A DNA stretch of 35,634 bases. Origin: Chloroflexota bacterium. Its GTDB lineage: Bacteria > Chloroflexota > Chloroflexia > QHBQ01. The notes beneath the pieces were generated by a model, which did no database searches, was not told the origin of the DNA, and worked only from the letters and a program-made list of their open reading frames with translations. A program made the position numbers and the translations under genes. How positions within the stretch are numbered: the first letter of the stretch is position 1; every line of letters starts with the position of its first letter. Below are positions 17,468 through 26,493 of this stretch, one piece after another. The stretch is from NCBI GenBank assembly GCA_043754535.1, contig JAYUUN010000084.1, positions 62,001-97,634 on the forward strand, given 5' to 3'.

Positions 17468-17830
17468 CTAGTAGCTGATTGCGTTACCCAGCTTGGTCAG
17501 GGCCGAGGCCAGGCTCTTGAGCTTGGTGGCGGTGCCAGCATCGAAGTTTCCAGTGGTTTGCCCAGCCTGAGCTGCGTCGCCGGTCTGCTGGCCGAGTTGC
17601 AGAAGCAGCTTGCCGATCTCGCGGCCATCCAGCTTGCCGCTAGTCAGGGTAGCCTTCAATTGGCCGAGGCTGTCACCAATTTTGGTTAGCTCTGGACGGC
17701 CCGCCTGCTGCAACTTTTGCTGCCACTTCTCGATGCTACCCAATGCATTAGCGGGATTGATCGTACCCAGGTCAGCACTTAGAGTCTCAATTGCACCGTC
17801 AAGCTCGTTGCTGAGGTTGTCATCTGCCAT
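17468..17830 (-). CDS. Hypothetical helical protein (120 aa)
   Basis: GAGAGGAG RBS, upstream TACAAT, downstream terminator; amphipathic helical composition. Confidence 0.8.
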   Translation of the reverse strand: MADDNLSNELDGAIETLSADLGTINPANALGSIEKWQQKLQQAGRPELTKIGDSLGQLKATLTSGKLDGREIGKLLLQLGQQTGDAAQAGQTTGNFDAGTATKLKSLASALTKLGNAISY

Positions 17831-17973
17831 CTTCTTCTCCTCTCAAATAGCGGGTTCAGGGTGGCTGCGCTGCCAGACGGCCTCGCGAGCCAGATTGTAG
17901 TCTTAAAGGAGTAAAGCACGGGGCGTGCCAGCCCACGAAACAGACAGCAGCATCAAACCGGGGGTGGGGTGGT

Positions 17974-19254
17974 TCAGCGGCTCTTGCCCGCCAGGTAGAT
18001 GTAAGCACGCTCCAAGTAGTCAGCCCCATTCGCTGCCTCACCACGTCCAACCAGGGCCTGACCGTACTGGAAGTAGGCGCGAGCGAGAGCAGCGGGCTGT
18101 TGGGCAGCCTCAAGCTGGCCGAGCGCAGCCTGGTACTGTTGGTCAGACTCCACGTGTTCGCCGCGCAGGTGGTGCAGTTGAGCGCGGCTCAATTGGGCCA
18201 GCGCGATCAAGGTCGGGTTGGCGGTGGCCGCTGCCTGCGTCTCCGCCTGGGTGACCATACTAGCTGCCTGCTCAAGTTCGCCGCGCTTCAGGTAGTGGCT
18301 TGCCAGGCCGTTGCTGACAACTGCCAGCGTAGCTGGGTCAGCGGCCAAGTTTGCATCAGCCAAAGCCTGCTCATAACTGGCCGCCGCTTGCTCGGGCTGC
18401 TCCTTGCTGCTGAAGATCGCAGCAAAGGTGATCGCTGCCGCTGCACTGCGGCCCAGGTCGCTAGCCCAACGGCGCAGGCTGGCTGCTTCGTAGCTGAGGC
18501 GAGTGGCGGCTTCAAGGTCGCTGGCTCCGCGTGCGCTCTGCGCCTGCTGCCAGAGAGCCGCCGCCAGCAGGGTCGGGTTGCTCACCTGGGCGTGTAGGCT
18601 GATAGCTCTGGCGTGTAGAGCCAGGGCAGCGTCTTGCCGCCCACTGCCTGCATATTCGTTAGCGAGTGCCGCAATGATCGCCAATTCCTGAGCTGGGTCG
18701 TCGCAGACTTCGCCCAGAGCTAGTTTGAACTGTTCGACCGCCGCGAAGCCTTTGTGCTGCTGCTGACTAATACTGCCCAGCAGGTAGTTCAGGCGGCAAC
18801 GGAGCGGATTGTCTTCGGCCAGCAGGTCAAGGGCGCGAGCAAGCTGCTGCTCGGCCTGCTCGAATTGAGCGCGTTGCAGGGCCAGTTCACCCAGCAGAGT
18901 CAGGGCGGTAATCTGCTCGTTGCCGCTCAACTGCTCGGCATCCAGGCCATCAAGGGCTGCTGCTGCGCCGGTTGGGTCACCCCCAGCCAGGTAGTAAGAG
19001 GCAGCAGCAAAGCTGACCCGCCGCAACTCGACCTCATCGCTCATCCCTTCGTCCAAGAAGTAAGAGACGGGATAGCCGAGCCGCGTGGCAATTAGCTGCA
19101 ATGACCCAACCGAGGGGCGGATTTTGCCGAGTTCAACTGCCGAAACGTAACTCTTGCTGAAGGTCGTAGCCGCCAGGTCGTCCTGCGTGAGCCTGCGCTC
19201 CTTGCGGGCATCACGTACCTTTTGGCCCAGGCTGGTTGTTGGTTTACCTGTCAC
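17974..19254 (-). CDS. XRE helix-turn-helix plus TPR-repeat transcriptional regulator (RRNPP-like architecture)
   Basis: LGQKVRDARKERRLTQDDLA...SKSYVSAVELGKIRPS...IATRLG, followed by Ala/Leu-rich TPR-like repeats; GTG 19254 after AAAGGA. Confidence 0.88.
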   Translation of the reverse strand: MTGKPTTSLGQKVRDARKERRLTQDDLAATTFSKSYVSAVELGKIRPSVGSLQLIATRLGYPVSYFLDEGMSDEVELRRVSFAAASYYLAGGDPTGAAAALDGLDAEQLSGNEQITALTLLGELALQRAQFEQAEQQLARALDLLAEDNPLRCRLNYLLGSISQQQHKGFAAVEQFKLALGEVCDDPAQELAIIAALANEYAGSGRQDAALALHARAISLHAQVSNPTLLAAALWQQAQSARGASDLEAATRLSYEAASLRRWASDLGRSAAAAITFAAIFSSKEQPEQAAASYEQALADANLAADPATLAVVSNGLASHYLKRGELEQAASMVTQAETQAAATANPTLIALAQLSRAQLHHLRGEHVESDQQYQAALGQLEAAQQPAALARAYFQYGQALVGRGEAANGADYLERAYIYLAGKSR

Positions 19255-19461
19255 TTTTCGTTTCCTTTGCCAGTGATATGCTTCCTGCCACAGCATGGGG
19301 GCGGCTTCTAGCCACACGCGGCACTAATGCCTGCTGCACTTGCTTCTAAACTATTTAGCCAAAGTGGTGGGAATGGAGAAGCTATGTAGCAACGACCCAG
19401 GCTTGTCGGCGAAAAGGTTGCACAGTTTGCTTGCACTACAGAGTTGTATACGGCACACAAT

Positions 19462-19490
19462 AGTATACCACCACTGCTCAGCGAAGTCAA
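19462..19490 (-). promoter_or_regulatory. Near-consensus sigma70 promoter of the XRE-TPR gene
   Basis: Minus strand TTGACT-N17-TATACT with an extended TG. Confidence 0.75.
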
Positions 19491-19516
19491 TTTTGTAAAC
19501 TCAGCCAGGCTTTGGC

Positions 19517-20728
19517 CTAGTCGCTGTCAGCGGCGTAGAGTGCGCTCAAGCGCGGAATGATCTGCTGCCAGTCATACTGCAAGGCAAGCTGGCGGGCAGC
19601 GGTGGCGTAGCGGTCGCGCTCCCCTGGGTCGTTGAGCAGACGCAGGGCAGTGGCCGCAAAGTCTGCTGCACTATCGGCCACCGCCACATCCAGGCCAGGA
19701 CTGACCGCTATTCCCTCAGCTCCCAGCGTGGTAGAGAGGATGCACTTACCCATCGCCAGAGCTTGCAGCAACTTGAGCCGTGAGCCGCCGCCGATCCGCA
19801 TTGGCACCACGAACAAGCTGGCCGCTGCGATATAGGGCTGTACTGCTGCCACTTCGCCAACCAGCACTACGCCGGGGATCGCTGCCAGAGCCTGCACCGT
19901 AGCATTCGCCTTTGCCCCCACGATGTAGCAGCGGGCGGCAGGGCTAGCGGCATAGATGGTAGGCCAGACGAGGCGACAAAACCAGTCTAGCGCGTCCACG
20001 TTTGGCCGATAGTCCAACACCCCAGTGAAGACCATGCTTACGGCAGCCCAGCTCTCTGGTAGCGTTGGCTGGGCAGCGGGGGCGTACTCCGCAGTATCCA
20101 CGCCGTTAGCTATCACCACGATCTTGCTGGCTGCTTGCGGTTCCAGGCTGGTGAGGGCGACTGCATCTACGGCAGAGACAGCCAGCACACGGCGGGCGCG
20201 TCCCAGTATCATGCGCTCGTACTGGCGCAGACGGCGGGCCTGCACCCACGAGTAGGCGGCTTTCGGCCAGCGGCGCAGGCTGCCCATGTCGGTGCTGGCG
20301 GCTCGCTGCTGGATCACGAACTCAGCATTGTGTGCATCAAAGTAGAATGGCTGGCGCAGGTTGAGGGCGTAGGGAGCCATCTCCACCCCCTCCACTTGTA
20401 TGTAATCTACCTCGGCCAACATGGTTTGCAGGCGGGCAGCGTAGGTGGGCGAAACCAGGCGGCCAGCCAGGTCGGGCTTAGCGGCCAGCAGCGTCCACAG
20501 CCGGGTAGTGAGCGAACGCGAGGGTGGCAGCGGCACCAGTTCCAGGCGACGACAGAGGGTGGTTAGGGGGTTCTGCTGGATCGTGGCGATCTGCTCTGGA
20601 CTGGCAAAGCTCAGCAAGTCAACGCTAAAGCCTGCCTCGACCAGCCCGCGCAGGAGATAGTAGTTTCGCAGAGCCGACCCCTGCCTGGGGGGATAGGGCA
20701 GTTGGGGGGTGAGGAACAACAACCTCAT
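19517..20728 (-). CDS. Glycosyltransferase family 4 protein
   Basis: MRLLFLTPQLPYPP..G, DAHNAE, NGVD, FTGVLDYRPNVDA, PMRIGGGSRLKLLQALAMG. Confidence 0.92.
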   Translation of the reverse strand: MRLLFLTPQLPYPPRQGSALRNYYLLRGLVEAGFSVDLLSFASPEQIATIQQNPLTTLCRRLELVPLPPSRSLTTRLWTLLAAKPDLAGRLVSPTYAARLQTMLAEVDYIQVEGVEMAPYALNLRQPFYFDAHNAEFVIQQRAASTDMGSLRRWPKAAYSWVQARRLRQYERMILGRARRVLAVSAVDAVALTSLEPQAASKIVVIANGVDTAEYAPAAQPTLPESWAAVSMVFTGVLDYRPNVDALDWFCRLVWPTIYAASPAARCYIVGAKANATVQALAAIPGVVLVGEVAAVQPYIAAASLFVVPMRIGGGSRLKLLQALAMGKCILSTTLGAEGIAVSPGLDVAVADSAADFAATALRLLNDPGERDRYATAARQLALQYDWQQIIPRLSALYAADSD

Positions 20729-21144
20729 AGCCGCCAGCCCAACCGGGCCAGCAGGTGTGGCCCGATCACCAGCAGGCCGACCACGACCGCCCCCACTGCC
20801 GCCAGCAGCACAGCCGCTGCCGCCACGTCCTTAGCCACCTTCGCCAGAGGGTGATACTCCTGTGTCACCATGTCTACCACAGCCTCGACCACGGTGTTGA
20901 TCATCTCGCCAGCCAGCACCACCACGATCATCACCGCGATCATTGCCCACTCTAGCCAGCCGAGACCAGCAAACAGGCCGAGCGCAACCGCCACCGCTGT
21001 TACTGCCAGGTGGATGCGGAAGTTGCGCTGGGTCTGTACCACATAGCATAGCCCCTGCCAAGCGTAACCGAAGCTGCGCCAGAGCGTAGCACTGCGGGCC
21101 ACCGGGCCTGCGCTCTCGTCAGCAGGCGGGTGCAGCTTGCTCAT
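20725..21144 (-). CDS. dgkA: Diacylglycerol/undecaprenol kinase family protein
   Basis: SFGYAWQGL...QRNFRIH, EMINTVVEAVVD, AKVAKDVAAAAV; lies next to ybeY. Confidence 0.93.
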   Translation of the reverse strand: MSKLHPPADESAGPVARSATLWRSFGYAWQGLCYVVQTQRNFRIHLAVTAVAVALGLFAGLGWLEWAMIAVMIVVVLAGEMINTVVEAVVDMVTQEYHPLAKVAKDVAAAAVLLAAVGAVVVGLLVIGPHLLARLGWRL

Positions 21145-21767
21145 CGTGCAGCCTCGGCGGCCAGGAAGGCGGCCAGGTGGCGATCCTCGTGGCGGTGCAT
21201 CAGGCGATAGCTCTCCTCGGCGTGGTCGTCGTAGCCCAGCAGATGTAGCGTCCCGTGTATCACCAACTCGGTCAACTCTTGCAGCGGCGTGTGGCCGTAG
21301 TCGGCGGCCTGCTGCGCGGCGGTCTCGTAGGAGGCGATAATATCGCCCAGGTAAGGGGTCTCCCCCTCGGCCAGCATAGCTTCTGCCGCCGGTAGCAGGA
21401 AGCGGCCAGCCACTTGCTGCTCGACCAGTGCTGGCGCAACTTGGGCATCCTCGTGCTGCCAGTAAGCGGGTTCACTGCCAGCCTCCCGCTCAACCTCCCC
21501 TTCATGCGGCGCAGGTTGCTGGCTGGCCGCACTCGCCACATCCTGCTCCTCCAGGCCGAAGGCGATCACGTCGGTAGGACGGTCGTGGCCCAGGTAGTCC
21601 CGATTGTACTGCTGGATCGTCGCGTCGTCCACCAGGCGCACGCTTACCTCTAGCGGCGGCGGCACCCCCTCGGCACGCAACACGAAGGCGACGGCGCGGG
21701 CGAAGTAATCCGCAGCGGCAACGGTGTAGGTAGCCTCTAGCTCGACGTTGATCGTATAGTCGTTCAC
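21141..21767 (-). CDS. ybeY: rRNA maturation endoribonuclease YbeY with a long acidic loop insertion
   Basis: NRDYLGHDRPTDVIAF, LGDIIAS, IHGTLHLLGYDDH. Confidence 0.92.
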   Translation of the reverse strand: MNDYTINVELEATYTVAAADYFARAVAFVLRAEGVPPPLEVSVRLVDDATIQQYNRDYLGHDRPTDVIAFGLEEQDVASAASQQPAPHEGEVEREAGSEPAYWQHEDAQVAPALVEQQVAGRFLLPAAEAMLAEGETPYLGDIIASYETAAQQAADYGHTPLQELTELVIHGTLHLLGYDDHAEESYRLMHRHEDRHLAAFLAAEAAR

Positions 21768-22495
21768 TGGCTCACCGTTGCGGTAGGCTGACTGAGGGTA
21801 GTGGGCGCATTGATTACGAACTCTGCGTCAAAGTCGCTGATCTTGATCGTGGTGCTGTTGGGCAGACCGTTGCTGTCGCCGCTGATCCGTAGCTGGCGGA
21901 TCAGCGGGCGGCTGTCCGCCGAGAGCCACAGTTCGACTGTGCCACCATTGAAGGTACTACCGGCTTTAGCGACCGTCGGTAGAACGGCAGCGTCAGCGGT
22001 CAGGTGCTTGCACTGCACGCCGTCAATCGCCGCCATCAGGGGGCTAGCGTCTTGCAGGCCTACCCCCGCCCGATTGATCTCGCTCTGTTGCAGACCCAGC
22101 CAGGCAGAGGTCAGCTTGTTGATCACCTCGCCGACACTCACCTGCTTCTGTTCCCAGGTCTGCCCATCGTCGGGGCTGATGTAGGTAGTGGGGCCGATAC
22201 TGATCAGGCGCACAGTCAGGGTGGACGAAAAGGTAATCCGCAGGCTGGTTTTGCTGCCCGCTACGTCTACGTCACCGCTGAAGGAGCCGGTTCGCCCATC
22301 GCTGACCTCCACCCCCTCGGCCTCGATGCGGTAACTCTTTAGCTGGCGCATATTGGCGGCGGCCTGAACCAGCAGCGCAGCATTGCTAGCCGCTGGGGTC
22401 GGGGCGGGCGGCATGGGGGTCGGAGTAGGCGTGCTGTCGCAGGCGGTCAGCAGCAGGATGAGCAGGGCAAGCAAGGTCAGGCGGTTTGGGCGCAA
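21764..22495 (-). CDS. Lipoprotein, LppX/LprAFG (LolA-fold)-like
   Basis: TTG start after AGGAG; lipobox LLTAC; Pro/Thr linker; IDGVQCKHL...ELWLSAD...SDFDAEFVINAP pattern. Confidence 0.72.
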   Translation of the reverse strand: MRPNRLTLLALLILLLTACDSTPTPTPMPPAPTPAASNAALLVQAAANMRQLKSYRIEAEGVEVSDGRTGSFSGDVDVAGSKTSLRITFSSTLTVRLISIGPTTYISPDDGQTWEQKQVSVGEVINKLTSAWLGLQQSEINRAGVGLQDASPLMAAIDGVQCKHLTADAAVLPTVAKAGSTFNGGTVELWLSADSRPLIRQLRISGDSNGLPNSTTIKISDFDAEFVINAPTTLSQPTATVSQ

Positions 22496-22531
22496 TGTAA
22501 TCTCCTCTGGCAGGTGGCTACAGGTTACAGC

Positions 22532-23254
22532 CTATTTTAGCCAATCTGCCAGGGTAATTACAAGTCGGGGGTTGGGGATCGCTACTGGCACGTCGAAACG
22601 GCTGATGATGGAGCGGCTGCTGATGTGGATGTCCGCCTGGTAGAGATCGAGGGTGGTGCGGACGACCAGCGGACGGCTATCGGTGGTGATCCAAAGCTCT
22701 ATCGTGCCGCTGACTACATGGGACAGAACCCCGTAAGCGTCTGCCAGCAGGTGGCGCGTGGGCTGACCGTTGATCGTCTCCTCGGCTGGCGTACCAGGGC
22801 GGGGGCTGCCGAGGCCGACCGCCAAGCGGTCAAGGTAGATATTGTCTTCGATGCGGGCCTGCTTTATGCTAGCCAGCACTTCGGGCGTATACCGCGTGGG
22901 CTGGTAAACTTCGCTGTCTATACTCTGGTAATACTGGTCGCTGATCACCATCGTGTGGCCAAGAGTCGACTCGTTGTTGCGGGTAGTAGTTATGACCGCC
23001 AACGAGCGATTGCCCACTACATCAACATCAGTCGTCTCGGTGACCGCCATTGCTACGGGCGCGCCTGACGGGTCGTAGGTGTAGAAGGTTTGCTGCTCAT
23101 CATGGTAGCTCCGCACAGCCCGCTTGTTGCTGGCGGCCTGCTTGAGCAGATCGCTGATCGTGAGTTTACCAGTCTCGCCGCCGCCACTGTCACAGCCTAC
23201 CAGCAGCAAAGCAGCCAGCGCGACCGCTAGCCAGCGACTCAGGTGTTTGTGCAT
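22532..23254 (-). CDS. Lipoprotein, LppX/LprAFG-like paralog
   Basis: ATG 23254 after GAGGAGG; lipobox LLVGC; ETINGQPTRHL...ELWITTDSRP...SRFDVPVAIPNP. Confidence 0.72.
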   Translation of the reverse strand: MHKHLSRWLAVALAALLLVGCDSGGGETGKLTISDLLKQAASNKRAVRSYHDEQQTFYTYDPSGAPVAMAVTETTDVDVVGNRSLAVITTTRNNESTLGHTMVISDQYYQSIDSEVYQPTRYTPEVLASIKQARIEDNIYLDRLAVGLGSPRPGTPAEETINGQPTRHLLADAYGVLSHVVSGTIELWITTDSRPLVVRTTLDLYQADIHISSRSIISRFDVPVAIPNPRLVITLADWLK

Positions 23255-23333
23255 CGTGTGCCTCCTCGACTGCTTAGTAGAGCAGGACACGTACCAAGCA
23301 ACACCCCTACCCAGGGAAGGCGGTTAGCCGCAG

Positions 23334-24524
23334 CTAGAGCCGCTCGAAGACCGCCGCGATGCCCTGCCCACCGCCAATGCAGAGGGCCACTACGCCATAG
23401 CGCAGGTTGCGGCGGCGCAGTTCGTAGAGGATGCTCAGGGCCAGGCGTGCGCCGCTTGCGCCGAGCGGGTGGCCGAGGGCAATGCCGCCGCCGTTCACGT
23501 TGGTGCGCGCCCGATCCAGCCCCAGTTCGCGCTCCACGGCCAGGTATTGGGCCGCAAACGCCTCATTCACCTCGAACAGGTCGATCTGCTCCAGAGTCAG
23601 GCCCGCCCGCTGCAAAGCCTGCTGGATCGCTGGCACTGGGCCAATGCCCATAATATCGGGGTCAACCCCAGCCGTCCCCCAGGCCAGCAAGCGACCGAGC
23701 GGCTGCCTGCCCTCCTCCCGCGCAGCCGCCTCGTCAGCCACTACCAGAGCCGCCGCCCCGTCGTTGATGCCACTAGCATTGCCCGCCGTCACCGTGCCAC
23801 CCGACTTGAAGCTGGGCTTCAACCTTGCCAGCTTCTCCAACGTGCTGTCAGCGCGGGGATGTTCATCCTGGGCAAACTCAGTCACGTTGCCCTTCTTGTC
23901 CTTGACTGAAACCGCTACGATCTCCTCAGCCAATCTCCCGCTCTGGATCGCAGCAACCGCCCGCTGCTGGCTGCTCAAGGCGAACTCGTCCTGCGCCTCG
24001 CGGGTAATCTCGTATTTGGCAGCCAGGTTCTCCGCCGTCATGCCCATCGCCAGCCCGTTGTAGCTGTCGGTCAGAGCCGACCAGAGGTAATCCTCCATGT
24101 TGGCCTGCCCCAGAGCGAAGCCAAAGCGTGCGCCGCGCACTACGTGGGGGGTCAGGCTCATGTTCTCGCTACCACCTGCTAGCACATAGCGAGCCTCCCC
24201 CAGCAGGATCGCGTGGGCCGCCTGCACTATCGCTTCCAGACCGCTACCACAGAGCCGATTGACGGTCAAGGCAGGAACCTGGCGCGGGATGCCTGCCAGC
24301 AAACCAACGTGGCGGGCAAGGTAGGCAGCGTCGTTGCTGGATTGTACCACACTGCCGATCACCACACTCTCGATCTCCTCCGCAGCCACCCCGCTGCGGC
24401 GCATGGCCTCCCGCGCGACGACCACCCCCAGATCGGTCGCGCTTACCTCACGCAACGCCCCGCCGTAGCTGCCGAACGCCGTGCGCGCCCCCTCAAGGAT
24501 CACTACTTCACCCTGTCCTGCCAT
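23334..24524 (-). CDS. Acetyl-CoA C-acetyltransferase (thiolase)
   Basis: TVNRLCGSG, TAGNASGINDGAA, NEAFA, GGIALGHPLGASG, LCIGGGQG. Confidence 0.96.
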   Translation of the reverse strand: MAGQGEVVILEGARTAFGSYGGALREVSATDLGVVVAREAMRRSGVAAEEIESVVIGSVVQSSNDAAYLARHVGLLAGIPRQVPALTVNRLCGSGLEAIVQAAHAILLGEARYVLAGGSENMSLTPHVVRGARFGFALGQANMEDYLWSALTDSYNGLAMGMTAENLAAKYEITREAQDEFALSSQQRAVAAIQSGRLAEEIVAVSVKDKKGNVTEFAQDEHPRADSTLEKLARLKPSFKSGGTVTAGNASGINDGAAALVVADEAAAREEGRQPLGRLLAWGTAGVDPDIMGIGPVPAIQQALQRAGLTLEQIDLFEVNEAFAAQYLAVERELGLDRARTNVNGGGIALGHPLGASGARLALSILYELRRRNLRYGVVALCIGGGQGIAAVFERL

Positions 24525-24538
24525 CGCCCTCGTCCTTT

Positions 24539-25078
24539 CTAATAGCCAGCATCATTGATTACCTTGCGGATACGATCCATGCTCTCTGTCTGCAACTGTG
24601 GAGCTTTGGCGACCCAGACTTCGTTCTTGTCAAGGTCGATGTAGGCAGTGAAGTACACATTGTCCTGCGCCTCCACCCCATCTAGTGGGATGATCAGTCG
24701 GTCGAAGCTACCAATATTGTAGTTACTATGGACAAAGCCTTTTGACTTGTAGCGCAGTTCGAGCGCGAGGTTCTTCTTGCGGATCGTCCCGTCCACCGTC
24801 ACGTTGCTGGTACCTATTAGTGGGGAAGCCACGACCTTTGGCAACTGCTCGTGCGCCGTCTTAACGATCTGATCGAAGCCCTTGCCACCGGGCTTGATCA
24901 CATACATCCTGCCATGATCGTAGACTATCGCCTCGCTTACTTCACCGCTGACTCCACCGATGAAGAAAAAAGGATCGCCAGCCCCCACTGCGACCGCGCC
25001 ATAGACCACAAGCAGCCCGATCATGAGGATCGGTACAATCGCCTGCCAACAGCCAGCCGGTTTTTGCTCATCAAACAT
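24539..25078 (-). CDS. Hypothetical protein with a single N-terminal TM anchor
   Basis: 179 aa, strong GGAGG RBS, TG-n-TATAAT just upstream; stop lies 14 nt before the thiolase start. Confidence 0.8.
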   Translation of the reverse strand: MFDEQKPAGCWQAIVPILMIGLLVVYGAVAVGAGDPFFFIGGVSGEVSEAIVYDHGRMYVIKPGGKGFDQIVKTAHEQLPKVVASPLIGTSNVTVDGTIRKKNLALELRYKSKGFVHSNYNIGSFDRLIIPLDGVEAQDNVYFTAYIDLDKNEVWVAKAPQLQTESMDRIRKVINDAGY

Positions 25079-25313
25079 TCCTCCCCTCCTTCCCCTCTAT
25101 TATACCAGCCCTGCCAAACTGCAGTTTGCTGGGCTGCTGTTGGGACTTGCAGAAGCTACCGCTAGCGGGTTTGCAAGTGGATAAGCCGCTAGAAGCCCGG
25201 TGGTCTACAGTTTGGGCCGAGCTAGCAAGCTACCAGCGCGATCTGCGCTATCCGTTGGCCCCAGCCACTGCCAGATGTTCTGCAATCCTGCCTAATTACC
25301 TGGACTGGCTTTA

Positions 25314-25342
25314 TTGTCAACTGTCGTGAGAAGCTATATAAT
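25314..25342 (+). promoter_or_regulatory. Putative sigma70 promoter of the degenerate radical SAM gene
   Basis: TTGTCA (25314-25319)-N17-TATAAT (25337-25342). Confidence 0.7.
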
Positions 25343-25386
25343 AGACGCAGAACAACCGTCGTTGTCAGCAAAGGGAGGGACAGCCG

Positions 25387-26400
25387 ATGCGCGAAGCCGC
25401 GCTCTACCACCAGGATAAGGATCGCCTATTCTGCGAGTTGTGCGAGTATCGCTGCCGCATCGCTCCCGGCCACAGTGGGGCGTGCAGAGTGCGCGTCAAC
25501 GAGGACGGCAAGCTCTACACCCTCAACTATGCCCAGGTTGCCACCGCCCAGTTGATCAGCGTCGAGCGCATCCCCTTCTATCACTTCTTTCCCGCCACCC
25601 GCAGCCTGGCAGTCGGCAGTTGGGGCGGCAATGGTCACAGCATCCACGGCTTTGCCGACCCAACCATCCCCGCAGAGCGGCTGGGTCGTGAGGTTGCTCC
25701 CGACAAGCTGGTAGATGTGGCGATCCAGCAGCGGGCGCGAGGCATCAGTTGGGTCTATAGCGAGCCGATCATCTGGTTTGAATACCTGCTGCCCTGCGTC
25801 AAGCTGGCGAAGTCGCGGGGTCTATTCACCTCAGTGCGAACCAACGGCTTCCTGACCGATGACCCACTCGATCAACTCGGCCACTACCTAGACGGTTGGC
25901 AGGTAGAGATATTGGGCCTCGATGACCACCTCTACCGCATCATGCGCCGCGCCCCTCGCTACCAGCAAATCCTGGCCGCGACCGAGCGGGCGCAGAAGCA
26001 GTGGAAGGTTCATGTAGAGGTCAGCACCCCCCTCTATGCCGGGGTCAACGACGACTCAGCTAACCTCAGCCAGATTGCGGAGTGGATAAGGATCGCGCTG
26101 GGCAAGCGCACCCCCTGGCAACTGCGGCTCGCCCCCGGTCGCGCGCTCGATGCGGATGGGCGCGATGCGCTAGAGCGGGCGAAGGAGATGGGGCAGGCGG
26201 CTGGCCTCGACTTTATCTATCTCGACACGGGCGACCCGAACGTGCCGATCAACACCCGCTGCCCCAACTGCCACACGCTGGTGATCAGCCGCCAGCCGAA
26301 CGACGTGCGCGCCAACCTGACCCTCGGCCACTGCGGAGTCTGCGACTACGACATCAACATCCGCAACACGATCTTCAAGGCCGAAGTTACCGCCCGCTGA
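25387..26400 (+). CDS. AmmeMemoRadiSam radical SAM enzyme (AmrS) homolog lacking the CxxxCxxC motif
   Basis: Family-type CELCEYRC...GACRVRVNEDGKLYTLNY, PFYHFFP, YSEPIIWFEY, TNGF, HVEV, NTRCPNC...CGVC; the cluster motif position reads GNGHSIHG. Confidence 0.85.
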   Translation: MREAALYHQDKDRLFCELCEYRCRIAPGHSGACRVRVNEDGKLYTLNYAQVATAQLISVERIPFYHFFPATRSLAVGSWGGNGHSIHGFADPTIPAERLGREVAPDKLVDVAIQQRARGISWVYSEPIIWFEYLLPCVKLAKSRGLFTSVRTNGFLTDDPLDQLGHYLDGWQVEILGLDDHLYRIMRRAPRYQQILAATERAQKQWKVHVEVSTPLYAGVNDDSANLSQIAEWIRIALGKRTPWQLRLAPGRALDADGRDALERAKEMGQAAGLDFIYLDTGDPNVPINTRCPNCHTLVISRQPNDVRANLTLGHCGVCDYDINIRNTIFKAEVTAR

Positions 26401-26493
26401 CCCCTTGATAGTGGGAGGCAGCATATCTATGGTACTTCCTAACCGCCCGCAGCAGACAGAAGTACCACTTTATGGTCAAGCTGGAAGTGCTTG

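Noticed and set aside
17903..17956. Short ORF (MMLLSVSWAGTPRALLL) after the XRE-TPR gene as a quorum-sensing propeptide
   Set aside because: It has no RBS and no basic N-region, and it overlaps the likely promoter of the next gene.
26431..26470. GGTACTTC...GAAGTACC inverted repeat as a terminator
   Set aside because: The 20-nt loop and weak T-tract are not convincing; it may be an operator but nothing supports that.
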